The notes: generated by a model not told the origin, from the letters alone. Positions 24,123 through 37,676 are shown, counted from the stretch's first letter. The stretch is DNA of 64,000 nt from Octopus vulgaris (GCA_951406725.2 OX597816.1:39308001-39372000); one strand, 5' to 3'. Numbers and translations: made by a program.

Positions 24123-24335
24123 CCTTTCTACTGGAAGCACAAGGCCTCAAATTAAGGGGAAGGGTTTAAGTTAATTACATTGACCCCAGAATGTAACTGG
24201 TACATAATTTATCAATCCCGAAAGGATAAAAGACAAAGTCAACTATAGGGGAATTTGAACTCATATATAGTGATGGACAAAATACCGCTAAGCCTTTTGC
24301 CCAGTATGCTAACGATTCTGCCAGCTTGCCACCTT
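24122..24335 (-). mobile_element. Meta-domain-like SINE
   Basis: Reverse complement of head and core. Confidence 0.7.
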
Positions 24336-24661
24336 TATTGATTTCAAAATAATAAACTAGGCAAATAACCCCAAAATGTTACCAGCATTCAAAAATTATC
24401 CATTGAGTTTGTAATGATGCAACTGATAACTAACCCAAACAAAATCTGAGTTCACACTGACAATTCATCAACAATAACGATATTTAATTACAACTGAGTA
24501 GTTTCAAGCATCATTGGTCAAGGGAAAGAAGTAATGCTACATAGCCTATATACTCAAAAGATGTAATTATTATGTTATCGACTCATTCATATTCCACCTC
24601 GTGATCGATGTCACAAACACAAGCAATACAGCAGCTAAAAGAAATTTATTTAACTTTTATA

Positions 24662-24910
24662 GATCATCATCATCATCATCATCCTTTAACGTCCATTTTC
24701 CACGCCAACACGGGTTGAACGGTTTGACCAGAGCTGGTAAACAGGAGAGCTGCACCAGGTTCCAGTCTGATTTGACTTGGTTTCTACAGCTTGATGCTCT
24801 TCCTGATACCAACAACTTTACAGTGTGTGCTGGGTGCTTTTAATGTAGCACTGACACGAGTGCTCTTACGTGGCACTGACATGACTGCTTTTTATATGGC
24901 ACTGGCACAG
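24662..24910 (-). mobile_element. RTE-type 3' tail
   Basis: (ATC)n followed by tttaacgtccattttcc...ctgcaccagg...ctacagc. Confidence 0.7.
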
Positions 24911-25002
24911 GACCATTGTAGGTTATCCCCCTTCACTACAGGATGTGGCCTTAACACTTCTGCTGTAGAGGACGGGTCTTCATATGGGTGTTAGACTTAA
25001 TT

Positions 25003-25408
25003 TGTTACTCATTTACTTGTTTCAGTCATTTGACTGCGGCTATGCAGGAGCATCGCCTTTAATCGAGCAACTGAACCCCGGGACTTATTCTTTTGTAAGC
25101 CCAGTACTTATTCTATCGGTCTCTTTTGCCGAACCGCTAAGTAACGGGGACATAAACACACCAGCATCGGTTGTCAAGCAATGCTAGGGGGACAAACATA
25201 GACACATAAACACACACACGCATATATATATATATACATATATACAACGGGCTTCTTTCAGTTTCCATCTACCAAATCCACTCACAAGGCTTTGGTCGGC
25301 CTGAGGCTATAGTAGAAGACACTTGCCCAAGGTGCCACGCAGTGGGACTGAACCCGGAACTATGTGGTTGGTAAACAAGCTACTTACCACACAGCCACAC
25401 CTGCGCCT
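25003..25408 (-). mobile_element. Family A SINE
   Basis: Full-length reverse-complement match. Confidence 0.85.
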
Positions 25409-25454
25409 GTTCAATTTAACATCATATCTGGGCACTTAGGTGCCATTAGAGGTT

Positions 25455-25870
25455 TCTGGCTTAAGCTCAAGAGCAGCAATTTTGAGAGGAAGAATTTAGT
25501 CATTATCTTCGACTCCAATATTTGACAGTGTTCTTTATTCTATTGGCGCTGAAAGGATGAAAGGCAAATTTGATCTTGGTGGGATTTGAACTCAGAATGT
25601 AAAGAGCTGAAACAAATACCGCAAAGTATTTTCCGACATTGAAACGATTCTGCCAGCTCACTGACCTTAATGGTTTCTGATTTAGGCACAAGGCCAGTAA
25701 TTTTGAAGGGGAAGGGTTAATCGATACCATTGACACTAATGCATTACTGGTATTTATTTTATCAATTCCGAAAGGATGAAAGGTAAAATTGACTTCAGTG
25801 AGGTTTGAAATCAGAATGTAATGAGCCAGAAGTAATAATGTATAACATTTTTCACACCAACGTTCTAACG
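25455..25870 (-). mobile_element. Two tandem decayed Meta-like SINEs
   Basis: Two gaaaggatgaaagg...tttgaa.tcagaatgta modules. Confidence 0.65.
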
Positions 25871-25877
25871 AATAGGT

Positions 25878-26057
25878 AGAGGCATGTCTGAGTAGTAGGA
25901 AGTTAGTTTCCCAACCACATGGTTCCAGGTTTAGTCCCATTGCTTGGTACCTTGGGAAAGTGTCTTCAACTATAGCCTCAGGCCAACTAAAGCCTTGTGA
26001 GTGGATTTGTTAGATGGAAACTGAAAGAAACCCATCATATATATAAAGATATATATG

Positions 26058-26088
<31 letters not shown>

Positions 26089-26386
26089 TTATGTATGTAT
26101 GTATGTATGTATGTATGTATGTATGTATGTATGTATGTATGTATGTATGTATGTATGTATGTATGTATGAATATATGTATGTATGTGAGTGTGTGTGGGG
26201 GTACATGCGTCTTTGTGTCTGTGTTTATCCCCCACCACCGCTTGACAACTGATAATTGTTTGTTTACATCCTCATAACTTAGCGGTTCAGCAAAAGAAAA
26301 GATTCATCCGACTAAAAAAATTTCTTCAAGGCAGTGCCCCAGCATGGCCACAGTTCAGTGACTGAAGCAAGTAAAAGATAAAAGAT
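25878..26386 (+). mobile_element. Family A SINE with internal (ATGT)n expansion
   Basis: Head, ~100 bp (ATGT)n, tail. Confidence 0.78.
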
Positions 26387-26832
26387 ATTCTACAAGCTCT
26401 CCACTTTTTTAGGTGCTTTTAATGAAGTTCACTTTGTTCCCTAGTACTCTCACCAGGTTTTCCAGTGTGAGGATAATTTCCACTCATCCTTCAACCAACC
26501 TTGGAGACCCTGAAAAATATCTTAGGAGCTACTCTTCCTTCTCTATTGAAAGAAAAGAAGAACACACATTTATATGACGATATTTCATATTTTGTACACT
26601 TAATATGGCAGACAAAATGGAACATACTACACTAATTGAAAGTTAGAAAGCAAACAAATAATCGTTTATAATAGGGTAAAATCCTCAGGGATCAATAATA
26701 AAGTTACAGGTACAGCACTGATTCCACGGAACTTTTGATTCCATAGCTTTTTTGGATTACTGATTTTTCCGAACCAGGAGTAGTGGAGATCATCTAAGAC
26801 AACACACTCTAAATTTTTTTAAAACGGTTTCA

Positions 26833-27222
26833 AATTTTGGCACAAGACCAGCAATTTTAGGGAAGGGGTAAGTCGATTATATTGACCCCATTGTTCAACT
26901 AGTATTTTTTTTATCGACTCCGAAAGGATGAAGGGCATAGTCGACAGCAGTGGAATTTGAACTCAGAATGTAAAGATGGACAAAATACCTATTTCTTTAC
27001 CAACCACAAGGGGCTAAACACAGAGGGGACAAACAAGGACAGACAAATGGATTAAGTCGATTACATCGACCCCAGTGCGTAACTGGTACTTATTTAATTG
27101 ACCCTGAAAGGATGAAAGGCAAAATCGACCTTGGCGGAATTTGAACTCAGAACATAGCAGCAGATGAAATACCACTAAGCATTTTTCCCGATGGGCTAAC
27201 AATTCTGTCAGCTAACCGCCTT
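26833..27222 (-). mobile_element. Nested pair of Meta-like SINEs (younger copy joined into an older one at GGTATT)
   Basis: - strand: head...core...aaagaaata|ggtattttgtccatctttacattctgagttc...second core and a different tail. Confidence 0.75.
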
Positions 27223-27353
27223 TAAATTATGTAAATCTTAAATCTGGTTAATTAAATGGAATACAGGTACATGAACATTAGTAAGTAATAAACAATGCAA
27301 GTTTCTTATTACTGTACAGTGCAAGGTATTAGTCTGTGCAGGCTACCAGTAAA

Positions 27354-27762
27354 CTAGACTGGTGACCGGCGGGAATTTTAAGTTCCCGCTCATAAATGAG
27401 AGTGGATTACAAGAGGTTCTGGACCATCATTGTCCGGAGAGAGGGGTGGAATTATCAAACTGACCGTTTTCAAGGAAGAAAAATCGAGTCAAATGACAAA
27501 ATCAACTTTGGAATAAAATGCACGCGTGCGCACATAGCTACGCATATGGTGTCTCTTTTACTCTTTTACTTGTTTCAGTCATTTGACTGCGGCCATGCTG
27601 GAGCACCGCCTTTAATCGAACAACTCGGGCCCCGGGACTTATTCTTTTGTAAGCCCAGTACTTATTCTATCGGTCTCTTTTGCCGAACCGCTAAGTAACA
27701 GGGACATAAACACACCAGCATCGGTTGTCAAGCAATGCTAGGGGGACAAACACAGACACACA

Positions 27763-27804
<42 letters not shown>

Positions 27805-28103
27805 TACGACAGGCTTCTTTCAGCTTCCGTCTACCAAATCCACTCACAAGGCTTTGGTCGGCCCGAAGAAGACACTTGCCCAAGGTGCCATGCAGTGGGA
27901 CTGAACCCGGAACCATGTGGCAAGAAAGCAAACTTCTAACCGCACAGCCACTCCTGTGTGCAAACATATTATATGTACCAACTTCGAAAGATCGCCACTA
28001 GAGCACTTATATGAAGCTCGTCAGTGAGCAGTTTTAAATTTAGGCAGACTTTTGGAATTAAACCACTGAAAGTCCCAGATCTCATGAGGAAAAAAGGCTA
28101 GTT
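27354..28103 (-). mobile_element. Helitron/Helentron-like element interrupted by a family A SINE
   Basis: - strand ends in hairpin gcgggaacttaaaattcccgc then CTAG-TT; other end has ctagtt; boundaries inferred. Confidence 0.4.
27553..27955 (-). mobile_element. Family A SINE
   Basis: Full-length reverse-complement match. Confidence 0.85.
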
Positions 28104-29412
28104 TTCTTTCTTTCTTTTTTCGAATTCTTGCGCTTCCTACAACAAAGATTGCAATTCTAAAAAATTTTGTTTTTAAATTTCAATTTTTCACAACCACTTT
28201 TGATATCTGTATATTCAGTGCACTGAATGTACATATGCATTGTCATATATAACGTGAGTTGAAGACATCTTTTGGGTAAGTGAAATTCATGTAATCACAT
28301 TAGAAGATCTACTACTCCCTAAATATCTTTTATAATGCATTGACATGGAATTGCAAATGGAGAAAAACCTGTAATCCGACGAAACTGATATTGGTTCGCG
28401 TCAGTAACACTGAGTGTACAGGTTAGTCGATAGAAGAGTTCAATAAGTTTAATTGTTGTGAGGGTGGAAGGGCCTAACATGTCTGGCTCCTGTTTCTCCT
28501 CTGATAGTGAAAGAGAGACGAAAAGTAGTTTTTTGTTTTTTTTTTGTTTTTTTTTGGAGTTGCAGACGAGTAAAATGATGATGGAATTGATGTGGAAAGT
28601 GAAACTGGAAGCTGAGGAGGTCAGCGAGGAGAACTCAGCAGGGGAGCTTAGAACAGGAGTAATGGGAAAGCCAATGCCTGAAGTCAGGCTGAGGGGGAAA
28701 AGATGGGGTTCAAATAAGGAGGGAAGAAAAGGAAACTCTACCCTGCCCCGGTAAATAGAGGGAGGAAGACACAAAGAGGAACTGCACCTAGAAAGCTATT
28801 TGAAATTATTTAACGCTGTATAAAATCAAAGGATATATCTATAGATTTTTAGCTAACACTATGTATAAACATGCTCGAATATATCGTGTCTTTGTATAGC
28901 ATTGAAAGAACAACATGGTTAACGCATGAGAAATTTATTAAAATTATTTAAGTGAAAGGCATTAATATAAAATTCTTAATTTATAGAAGAGATAATGTGG
29001 AGAGTGAGAGAGTAGGGTCAGTCAGAGAGAAGCATTATGAGAGAAGGTCAGATGTCTGGGTTAGCGAGGCAGTGAAAGAGAAGGAAGTTGGAGAAAAGGG
29101 AAGGTAGAAAGAAGCAATGCCTTAAGCAAGGCAAAGTGGAGTTCAATGTGAAGAGGGAGATGTGATGGGGGTGTAAATAAAAGCTGCAAGAGACAAAGAG
29201 TAACTGCACCGAGAAAGGTTATTTGCGTATAAACGCACCCAAGAATATTCTGAATTTAGAATGGTCAATTTTATTTGGACTATAGTAGTAGTAACTCATA
29301 TACAGATCCGCGTGTGTCTGATATATTATATATATTATATATATCGCCTTTGGTAATACCGCGAGCGTGCTGGCTTGCTTTAGTTGATTCCATCGGGTTT
29401 TTTCCTCCCTAT

Positions 29413-29464
<52 letters not shown>

Positions 29465-29467
29465 AAC

Positions 29468-29506
<39 letters not shown>

Positions 29507-29743
29507 CAGGGTTGGCCAAATGTTACCTGACAGTAAATCAAAACCATTTTATTTCAGGATTTATTTATGTTTTAATAACTCAATGAATTTAATAAAAGCA
29601 TCTAAATATAAAACATCATGATAGTTGTTCAAACTGAAGTCCCCCTTGAGCGACACATTTTTCCATTCGAGTCAATAGAGAATTACAGATAGTATATATT
29701 AAGGAATTTTGATTTACTGTCGGGTGACTTTTGGCAAACCCTG
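29507..29743. mobile_element. Tc1/mariner-type MITE
   Basis: ~37-bp TIRs CAGGGTTGGCCAAA...CAGTAAATCAAAA / TTTTGATTTACTG...TTTGGCAAACCCTG, with TA on both flanks. Confidence 0.85.
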
Positions 29744-29946
29744 TATGTATATCTATATACATACACACACATACATACATGCATATATATATATATATAT
29801 GCGTGTGTGATACCTATTATTTTATATGGAGAGAGATACGCAGCTCGCACACATACTATAATGATATATTGAAGAAAACGACACATTTTATTTTAATATA
29901 AAGGAAGATGACGCAGAATGTGCGCTTGTGTAGAGTAGGGACATCG

Positions 29947-30093
29947 TATTTCTTTACTTCCCACAAGGGGCTAAACACAGAGGGGACAAACAAGGACAGA
30001 CAAACGGATTAAGACGATTACATCGACCCCAGTGCGCAAATGGTACTTAATTTATCGACCCCGAAAGGATGAAAGGCAAAGTCGACCTCGGCG
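29947..30093 (-). mobile_element. 5'-truncated Meta-like SINE
   Basis: Near-identical to 54651-54802 in reverse. Confidence 0.82.
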
Positions 30094-31579
30094 GGGAGGA
30101 AGAATCACAGAAAGTTGAGACATTCATACTTTGCGGCGGAGCAGAAGTTCCCATGCTGTGCAGATACAGCTTGTTAAAATGGTCTATTTTAGCTGGATTT
30201 TCTCTAAGCTACTATTTACACCCCTTATGTGCTAACATAAGGGGTGTGAAGATATAACACATAACATTCACTTTAAAATATAACGGTTTTTCCCAACCGG
30301 TTTACCTCACGAACTCACTACAGATGTGACTTTATCAGAACAACTTTCATATGGGGGAAACAATACAACGATCGGATCTAATAATATATTGTGTTGTATT
30401 CACGAGCCCATAGCCTAAATTTCCGATCCGATAAGAAGAATAAGAATGAAACAGTAATATGCGAAGAGGCTTTTTGACGTCGGAAGATATTAAATACAAA
30501 TAATTTCTCAAAGTTGAATTATTTTGTGGTGAAGAAGAGGAAGAGAGATTTCAGAGAGAAACCCTCTTCGACATTGTTCTACTGGAAACCTTAGACTTTT
30601 CATCTTCAATACAAAATATTTCCAGTTAACGAACTTTTATTCGAAGCTGTTTCTCCACTTATATTGAATGAGTAGTACACCGTAAGAAGGGTATCCAGTT
30701 ATAAAAGATATTGCACCAATATAAGCTGCTCCAACCTTGTTACCAAGGAAACATACAAGCAACGTCACTATTTTATTCACTATACATACCTACTGCTAAC
30801 CTTCGTAAGAAATTTTCTATTTTCTACATAAAATCTAGGCCTTTGATCTATTGAAGTATCATTTGGCGTGTGTGGGAAGGAGTCGTAGAATGTGTGTATG
30901 TATATAAGAGAGACAGGGGTAGAGTAGAGTCGGTGTATACAGCAGAGAGAAAGAGGGAGTGTATATAGCAAAAATAGAGGGAATGCGTATGTATGTGAGA
31001 GAGGGGGGGGAAGTGAGTGCGCATGTGTATATGAGGGAAACTGTGATAATATACAGCTATATATATATATATATATATATATAGGGAGAGCGAGAGAAGA
31101 AAACTGCGAGAAAGAGAGAGAGAGAGAGAGAGAGAAGGGAAGGATCGGGATACGTTTATGTGTCTATGAAGGTGCGAGGTAAATACAGACTGAAGACGTC
31201 TACTAAACACGATATACACGCACGCGTATGTGTGTATATAATCCTTACACCCACACCATTGTTTTTTTTTTTTTACGAGGACTATAAACAAGAAGCTCTA
31301 ATATTACTACTGAATTCTAAGCATCTTTAGTAACTCCAGTCAGTGAATTGTTGTAAATACGCATCAACTTTTAAATGTAACCTAGATATGTAAAACGAGG
31401 GCAAGTGAAAGGTCACGATGCCATAATCAGAAATGATACCGCAATAAGTTGTAAAACGATACTGCATTCACCAACATCAGAACGGATCTCACAAATTAGG
31501 ACAGTTTGCTGGAATAACGTCACTTCACGTAACAGGTGGAGATCAGGCTTATAACGAAGAGAGAGAGGAGCCAAATGCA

Positions 31580-33969
31580 CGGTTTGGTTGTGAGAAACTG
31601 CAATCAAATTTCCCTCAAATTATATCCTACATTCTTACAGGAAAAAATGTAGAGACATTGGATATTATAGTCCTAGATATATACAATGTCCGAAAGAATA
31701 ACGGGAGGGTCTTAACTGGAATGCCAGTGATCAGGTTTTTTCAAAGTGTCCAGGGTTTGCCTGAAGCTGAAATAACGATGGGTAGAGAGAGATTCGAAGA
31801 TGTGATTCAATAAGATTCTTTTTAACGTATTTATTTCATGAACGAATAAAAGAAATGAATTTACAAGATAATTTGGTAGACTCATTCGAAGTCGAGTTTA
31901 TGTTGTTTTCTGAATATTGCTTTCCTGCCAGAGAAATAGATTTTACAGGGTTTTTTTTTTTTTTCTCTGCCAGGGAAATTTAAAGTGTTATATACTTCGA
32001 AGCAAATTAATTTGACAGGATTGGCAGGAAAACGTGTGTATTAGAGACTAAGAAAAAACATGACACGATGGCTCGACTAACTAGATAAAATAGCCAAATC
32101 TCCCTTAAATACGCTCTATCATCTTAGAAAAGTAAGAGCACATTAGCTAATGTGGTCGTAGATACCCCTAAACAGACTGGAATGCTTTTGATGATAGGGC
32201 TGCTCGACCACGGTGAATCTGGGGCTAAACAGCTATCTCATTAATCAACGAGAACCTGAATATGGTCGCTCGATCTGCTAGCAGCAGCAACCAAATCTCC
32301 ATAAACCACATTGGATCTTTTCCTTTCACTGGGCAACTCGATTAATTAATTTTTTTTTTTAACTATTTAACTAAACATTTTGAAACTTGACAAATTAGGC
32401 CTAGATATACTTCTCTAATAAAACAAAGTGGACACGACTTGAATATTTTTGATCATGGGTTCATTTAATCAGGGCAGATTTAGCTTTAAATAACAGGATA
32501 AAGTTATTTTAGCAAGGAGATAGTCAACTTTAGAACTGTTTTCAATAAGACATTAAGAGTTTCTGGTTTCCCAGCAATGAACCAAATGGCATCGTAATAT
32601 ACCTCAAATCCCACTGTATGTTCTCAAAAAAGATGCACTGGATAATGTAGGTCATGCTACACTAGGCCTTTAAAAAGAAAAGAGATGGAACAGTCCATAG
32701 TATTGATCACAGGCCTCCTCAGTGAAAGCCGGCTTGAGGCTTAACAGCCTTTCTATGGCTGTTAATATAATATAATAATCTATTCTAATATAATAACGAG
32801 AGAATGAAAAGGGAAAAAAAAACCACAACGAAATATATACGCTTGATTTGAATGATAAAATATGAATTATAATTTAATTAAAATTAAATTTCATTTGGCA
32901 TTAGTTGAATGCGAAAGGAGACCCTTTATATGCTACTTCTCAGGCTAGTAATAGCAACTAAATCTTCAAATCATTCACTACCGACTTTAAAAAAGTGGGT
33001 GGAGACACTGAACAATGTCGTAGATATACAAAGAGACAGGATGATCACAGAAGGTAGGCTTCTGCTGCTCATAGGTCTTTGCTCAGTGAAGGATGACCTG
33101 CAATTAAACACGAATCAACGCTGCTGCCGCTTGCCTTGCTAGAAATAACAGCCAACTAACTCTATCTCAAATCATATCACAGTTTCTTTAAGAAAAAGAG
33201 AAAAATAAATAAATTTTGGTTAATGCAGTATTGGTGAGGGTTGTTGGAAAGTCTGATCACGGATCGGATCTGCTGAATTTCCCGCTGATTTGGGACTAAA
33301 CAACAAACGTCAAATGAAAAATGTGGTCAAGAGAGTTCCCTCTCACCTGATCACGTGACATATCTACTTCCTGTTGAGCGACAGAAAAATGTCTTAAATA
33401 AAATCAATTAAAATTTGTAAAAATCATCTAATTAATCTTATTTGAAATGAATTTCTAGTAATTACTACATTAGTTACTTGACATTTTCACTAGGTTCTAT
33501 ATTAGTTATTCAAAAGATTTTTTTTTAATGAGTTACTTAAACTATTTATTAAATATATTTAAAGTATTTGCCATCTTCATTAAATAAAGTGGATTTTAAT
33601 GAGTTTTCTATGAAATGAATTTTCTTTTCTTTTAGACGCATTTCCATTTTTAAAGTCTGAAATGATTGAAAATTTAAAAACAGAGATTCTGTTAAAGTTG
33701 TTTTACGAAATATTGCTATGTGGTCCTCTACATTCACAGGCACATATATGCATATGCATATCCAAGTATATACATATATTTACATACATTCATTTATATG
33801 TATATATGTATGCATATAATACATTCATATATATGTATGATTATGTGTATGAATATATATATATATATATCTCAATATTCAATTCTGTACATCACACCTA
33901 ACACTCCATGCATACATATATATGTTCATACTCACATATACATACATATATATGACTGTTTTATACATT

Positions 33970-34005
<36 letters not shown>

Positions 34006-34850
34006 CACGAGTGATTGAACAAAACTAAAGGGCACTCAGTACACACATTACTTCGGATTTTTATGGTTAATATATTTTTATGTTAGTTACTTAAACTATT
34101 TACAAAAGGGTCTTAGTTTTAATTAAAGGGAATTTATGTGAATTTTCTCGTAACTCAACTCTTCTGTAAAATTAATTTTGATTTTAAAAGTTAGAGACAA
34201 CTAGAAATTAAAAAGAATTGCGAAAATTTATTTTACCGAAATATTCTAATTACAATTCATTAAAAATAATATGTATTCCAACTAATAAATTAACTAAGGA
34301 ACAGATTTCAATCCTCTCTCCCTTGTTTAGGGCATTGGCTTTGCTCATAGTAACGCTTATGTGTATTTCTCCCGTTGATACCATTGTCATAAAACAGTCA
34401 TAAAACAAATATATCTTCACAACACAATACTGCTGAAAGACTTGCTCAGACTACGAATCAATAAATGAACTTCAATGTGACTGCTCAACCTGTTAAAAAT
34501 AGCAGCTAAATTACACCCCCAGATCACACAATTATCTTAGAAAGGGAAGGTATAAGCAAGCAGGGGAATGGATCTCTAATCACTGGAAAGCTAAAAACAG
34601 CAGATAAATCTCCCTCGAATGATACCTTATAGCCTTAGAAATAGGTCACAAGTTAAAGAAAGGGTCATTTCCACCTGTTAGAAATAGCAGCCGGATTACC
34701 CTTAAATCACTAATTATTGTCTTAAAGCAAAGATAGGTTGCAGTTGTTGAAACTGCTGCTGCTAACATCGGACTCTCATTGCGGTCATTTGATCCGCTAG
34801 GATTAACAGCTAAACCTCTCAAATAATTCTGCTGCCTGAATAAAAAAAAT
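31580..34850 (+). repeat. Cluster of ~10 old, same-orientation copies of one interspersed repeat
   Basis: Recurring motif (tgct)agaaatagcagc(c/t)aaat(c/t)tccctcaaatc near 31595, 32080, 32275, 32570, 32945, 33140, 34495, 34595, 34680, 34800, several with cattggataatgtagtc and ggg(g)ctaaac; reverse copy at 54570-54935. Confidence 0.65.
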
Positions 34851-34853
34851 AAG

Positions 34854-35183
34854 GGATCTTTTCGGTTTGAACGGCAGTTTTTTCTAGCGGTGTCATATGA
34901 AATTGTCACCCATAATTATGACCCTAGTATCGATCTATTGCATTTCAATCTGTTTTAGGGTTAGGGGTGGGGGAAGGGTATCTTTTTTCTTCACAAATGT
35001 AAATAAACCCAATCTGTTTCTTAAACGAGGGACATATTCATATGGCACAGAATGTTGTTTTTTTTTATCTCAATAGACGTCAGTGATTGGTTGAAATTGC
35101 AGAAATTGAAGAAAAAGAAACAACAAATATCTTACAAACCATTGAAATTATGTTAAAAACTGCCGTTCAAACCGAAAAGACCC
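34854..35183. mobile_element. Merlin-like MITE
   Basis: 28-bp TIRs GG(A/G)TCTTTTCGGTTTGAACGGCAGTTTTT; perfect 8-bp TSD AAAATAAG (34846-34853, 35184-35191); GG termini plus 8-bp TSD fit Merlin. Confidence 0.8.
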
Positions 35184-35407
35184 AAAATAAGATATATTGG
35201 ATAATGTAATGCCTCATACATCTAAATATGTACATGAATAAATAAAAATTAAAATATACGCCACCTTGGGATTTCTTCTCTGTGTAGAGAAAAAAACATG
35301 GAAAATTACCGAGATGGCTACTTTCCAGTTCTATGAAATACTCAAATCTGTCCATAGAATGAATAGTAGGTAATACATACACACACACACACACAAACAT
35401 GTACAGA

Positions 35408-35558
35408 CAGGACCGGCCATAGAGTTGCTGACCTCCCAGGCAAGCTGAACTTCGGCGCCCTTACAAGTATAATTTTTAAAGACTTTCACGAGAAAAACTG
35501 AAAATATAGACTAAAAAACACATGGCGCCCTGGGTGGCTGCCAGAGTTGCCGGTCCTG
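35408..35558. mobile_element. hAT(Tip100)-like MITE
   Basis: TIR CAGGACCGGC / GCCGGTCCTG, internal ggcgccc motifs, imperfect TSD gtacaga/ttacaga. Confidence 0.65.
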
Positions 35559-36323
35559 TTACAGAACAGTGTTGGATTGCAAGCTAAACGATCCCTGATG
35601 AGTTTTAGGAAAAACAAAACTATTTGGCTAACTTAGCTCCCCTCGTTTATACGCAGCTTATATTTTTACAAAGACGAAACATATGGTTATTAAACATATT
35701 GCGTGTTATTTCTGTACACTTATTTTTCATAGTCACATTATTCGTACTTTTTTTTTTTGCTGTGTTTGTGTGTGTATGTTTGCACGTGTCTCTCTGTCTA
35801 TATACACACATAAATACATACATGCATACATATATATATACATATACATGCATACATACATACATACATACATACATACATACATACATACATACATACA
35901 TAATTCAGTAAGTTAGAGTCGAAATCACTACAATTGTTTCCACACGACGTAGTTCTCCAGGTTGGCAAGTTATGTAACTGTTTCTCTGCATTGTGAGATC
36001 TTGTTTCATCAGGTGATGTATAAATATTGTTTCCGTGTTTCGTAAACTCGAATTTTCGGCTTCAACACATCCTTTCTGTCTGTCGTGGCTATTCGAGGTA
36101 GTAGTATCCACTCAGTATATCAAAATGTGCGTTGTGGTTGAAAATCTGTTGATGAACTAACATGTACACATTCATCGTTCTATATAGATCTACATATATG
36201 CACACTACGTGTACACTTACATGCTCTCATCTATACATACGTACTTGAATATACGTTCCTAGGACTTTACATACACACGCGCATATACGCTTACATATAC
36301 AGACACATACACACACATATATA

Positions 36324-36388
<65 letters not shown>

Positions 36389-37199
36389 ATTGGATTTGGT
36401 TTGCAAGATTCTTTATATGAGTTCGTGTGTTGAAGCATATTCTCTTGTGTCTGGGGAGAGTCATTTTCTTTTTGTGCCTTATGATTTAATACACTCACCG
36501 GTAAAATTTCCACTGATTTATTTTTATTTTCCTAAAATTTTCGTTGCGTCTTGCCACCTTTTCAATAGTCTTGACTCCGTCCGTTATTTACACTGCGTTC
36601 CTTTTTGTTTGTTTGTGCGCATGTGTGTGGGTCAGTGTGTTGTGTGTGTGCCTATGCATGCATGTACGTGTGTATGTATGCATGTATATATGTGTCTGTA
36701 TGCATATGTATATATGTATGTGTGTGGATCTCTATGTATGTATTCTGCATATTCATGTGCTTGCATGTCCGTGTTTGTGTATTTTCTATGAATGTGTGTG
36801 TGTGTTTGTATATGTATGCACCTCTGTCTCCTTGTGTGTGTGTGTGTTTCGCAACTATGTACCATGTTTGTATGTATGGATGTGCATCTCTATATGTGTG
36901 GACCCGTGTCTCCATATGAGTCATTGTGTGGAGTAAAGTGTGTGTATATATGGTCATGTATTTCGGTCTCTATTTGCGTATGTGTGCTTGTCTGTTCTTA
37001 TAACCTATGTACCTATCCCTCTGTATGTTGATCTGTTTATTTTCATATCCATATGCTTACATACAGAAAAAAAAAACATGAGCATACACATACACTCACC
37101 CCCCCCACACACACACATACACATACATCTATCTACTAACAGTCCACTAACTATTCTACTCTACCTGTGTAAACTGTGGGTATGGAAGTATGATATCTA

Positions 37200-37676
37200 C
37201 TATGTATATTTCCTATTTAGTATTGGGGAAGTTTCATTTATAAGGACGTATTCCCGTATTTGTCTGAGTGCACTTCACACACGTGAGTGTTGGGTCTTTT
37301 GGGTGCTTGGATAAAATGCGGACGTCAAGTTGACCCAAGTTGCCTCCATGGTGGTCTTTGGCATGTTGGTAGAGTATGGAAGACTGTTTTTTGTCATCAT
37401 ATTGTTCATTTAGTCGTTCCGCAATGCTCCTAGATGTCTCCCCTATGTACGTCATGTTCAAGTCTTTACAAGCACCTATGCATTTTATGCTGTAAACTAC
37501 ATTTCGAGTCCTACAGTTAATACCAGGGCTAATCCTACATACCATGCAGTTATCATTGGTGCATATGGTATTCTCAAAGGGGTACGTCCTACATAGTTGT
37601 GATCTGACGGAGTTCCCTGACTTTTCAACAATCTTAATGTCGAGTTTGGTCTCCTTCAGAGCTTTTCTAAATCTAA
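37200..37676 (-). mobile_element. Penelope-like element GIY-YIG endonuclease region (decayed)
   Basis: IVEKSG...C....C..C...CRTRNVVYSIKC...YIGETSRSIAERL, then LRQIREYVLI...PILNRK after a frameshift. Confidence 0.85.

Noticed and set aside
28319-29220. ORFs 28319-28774(-) and 28458-28754(+) and GA-rich block
   Set aside because: Compositionally biased, span a poly-T tract, no recognisable domain; probably old retroelement debris that I cannot assign.
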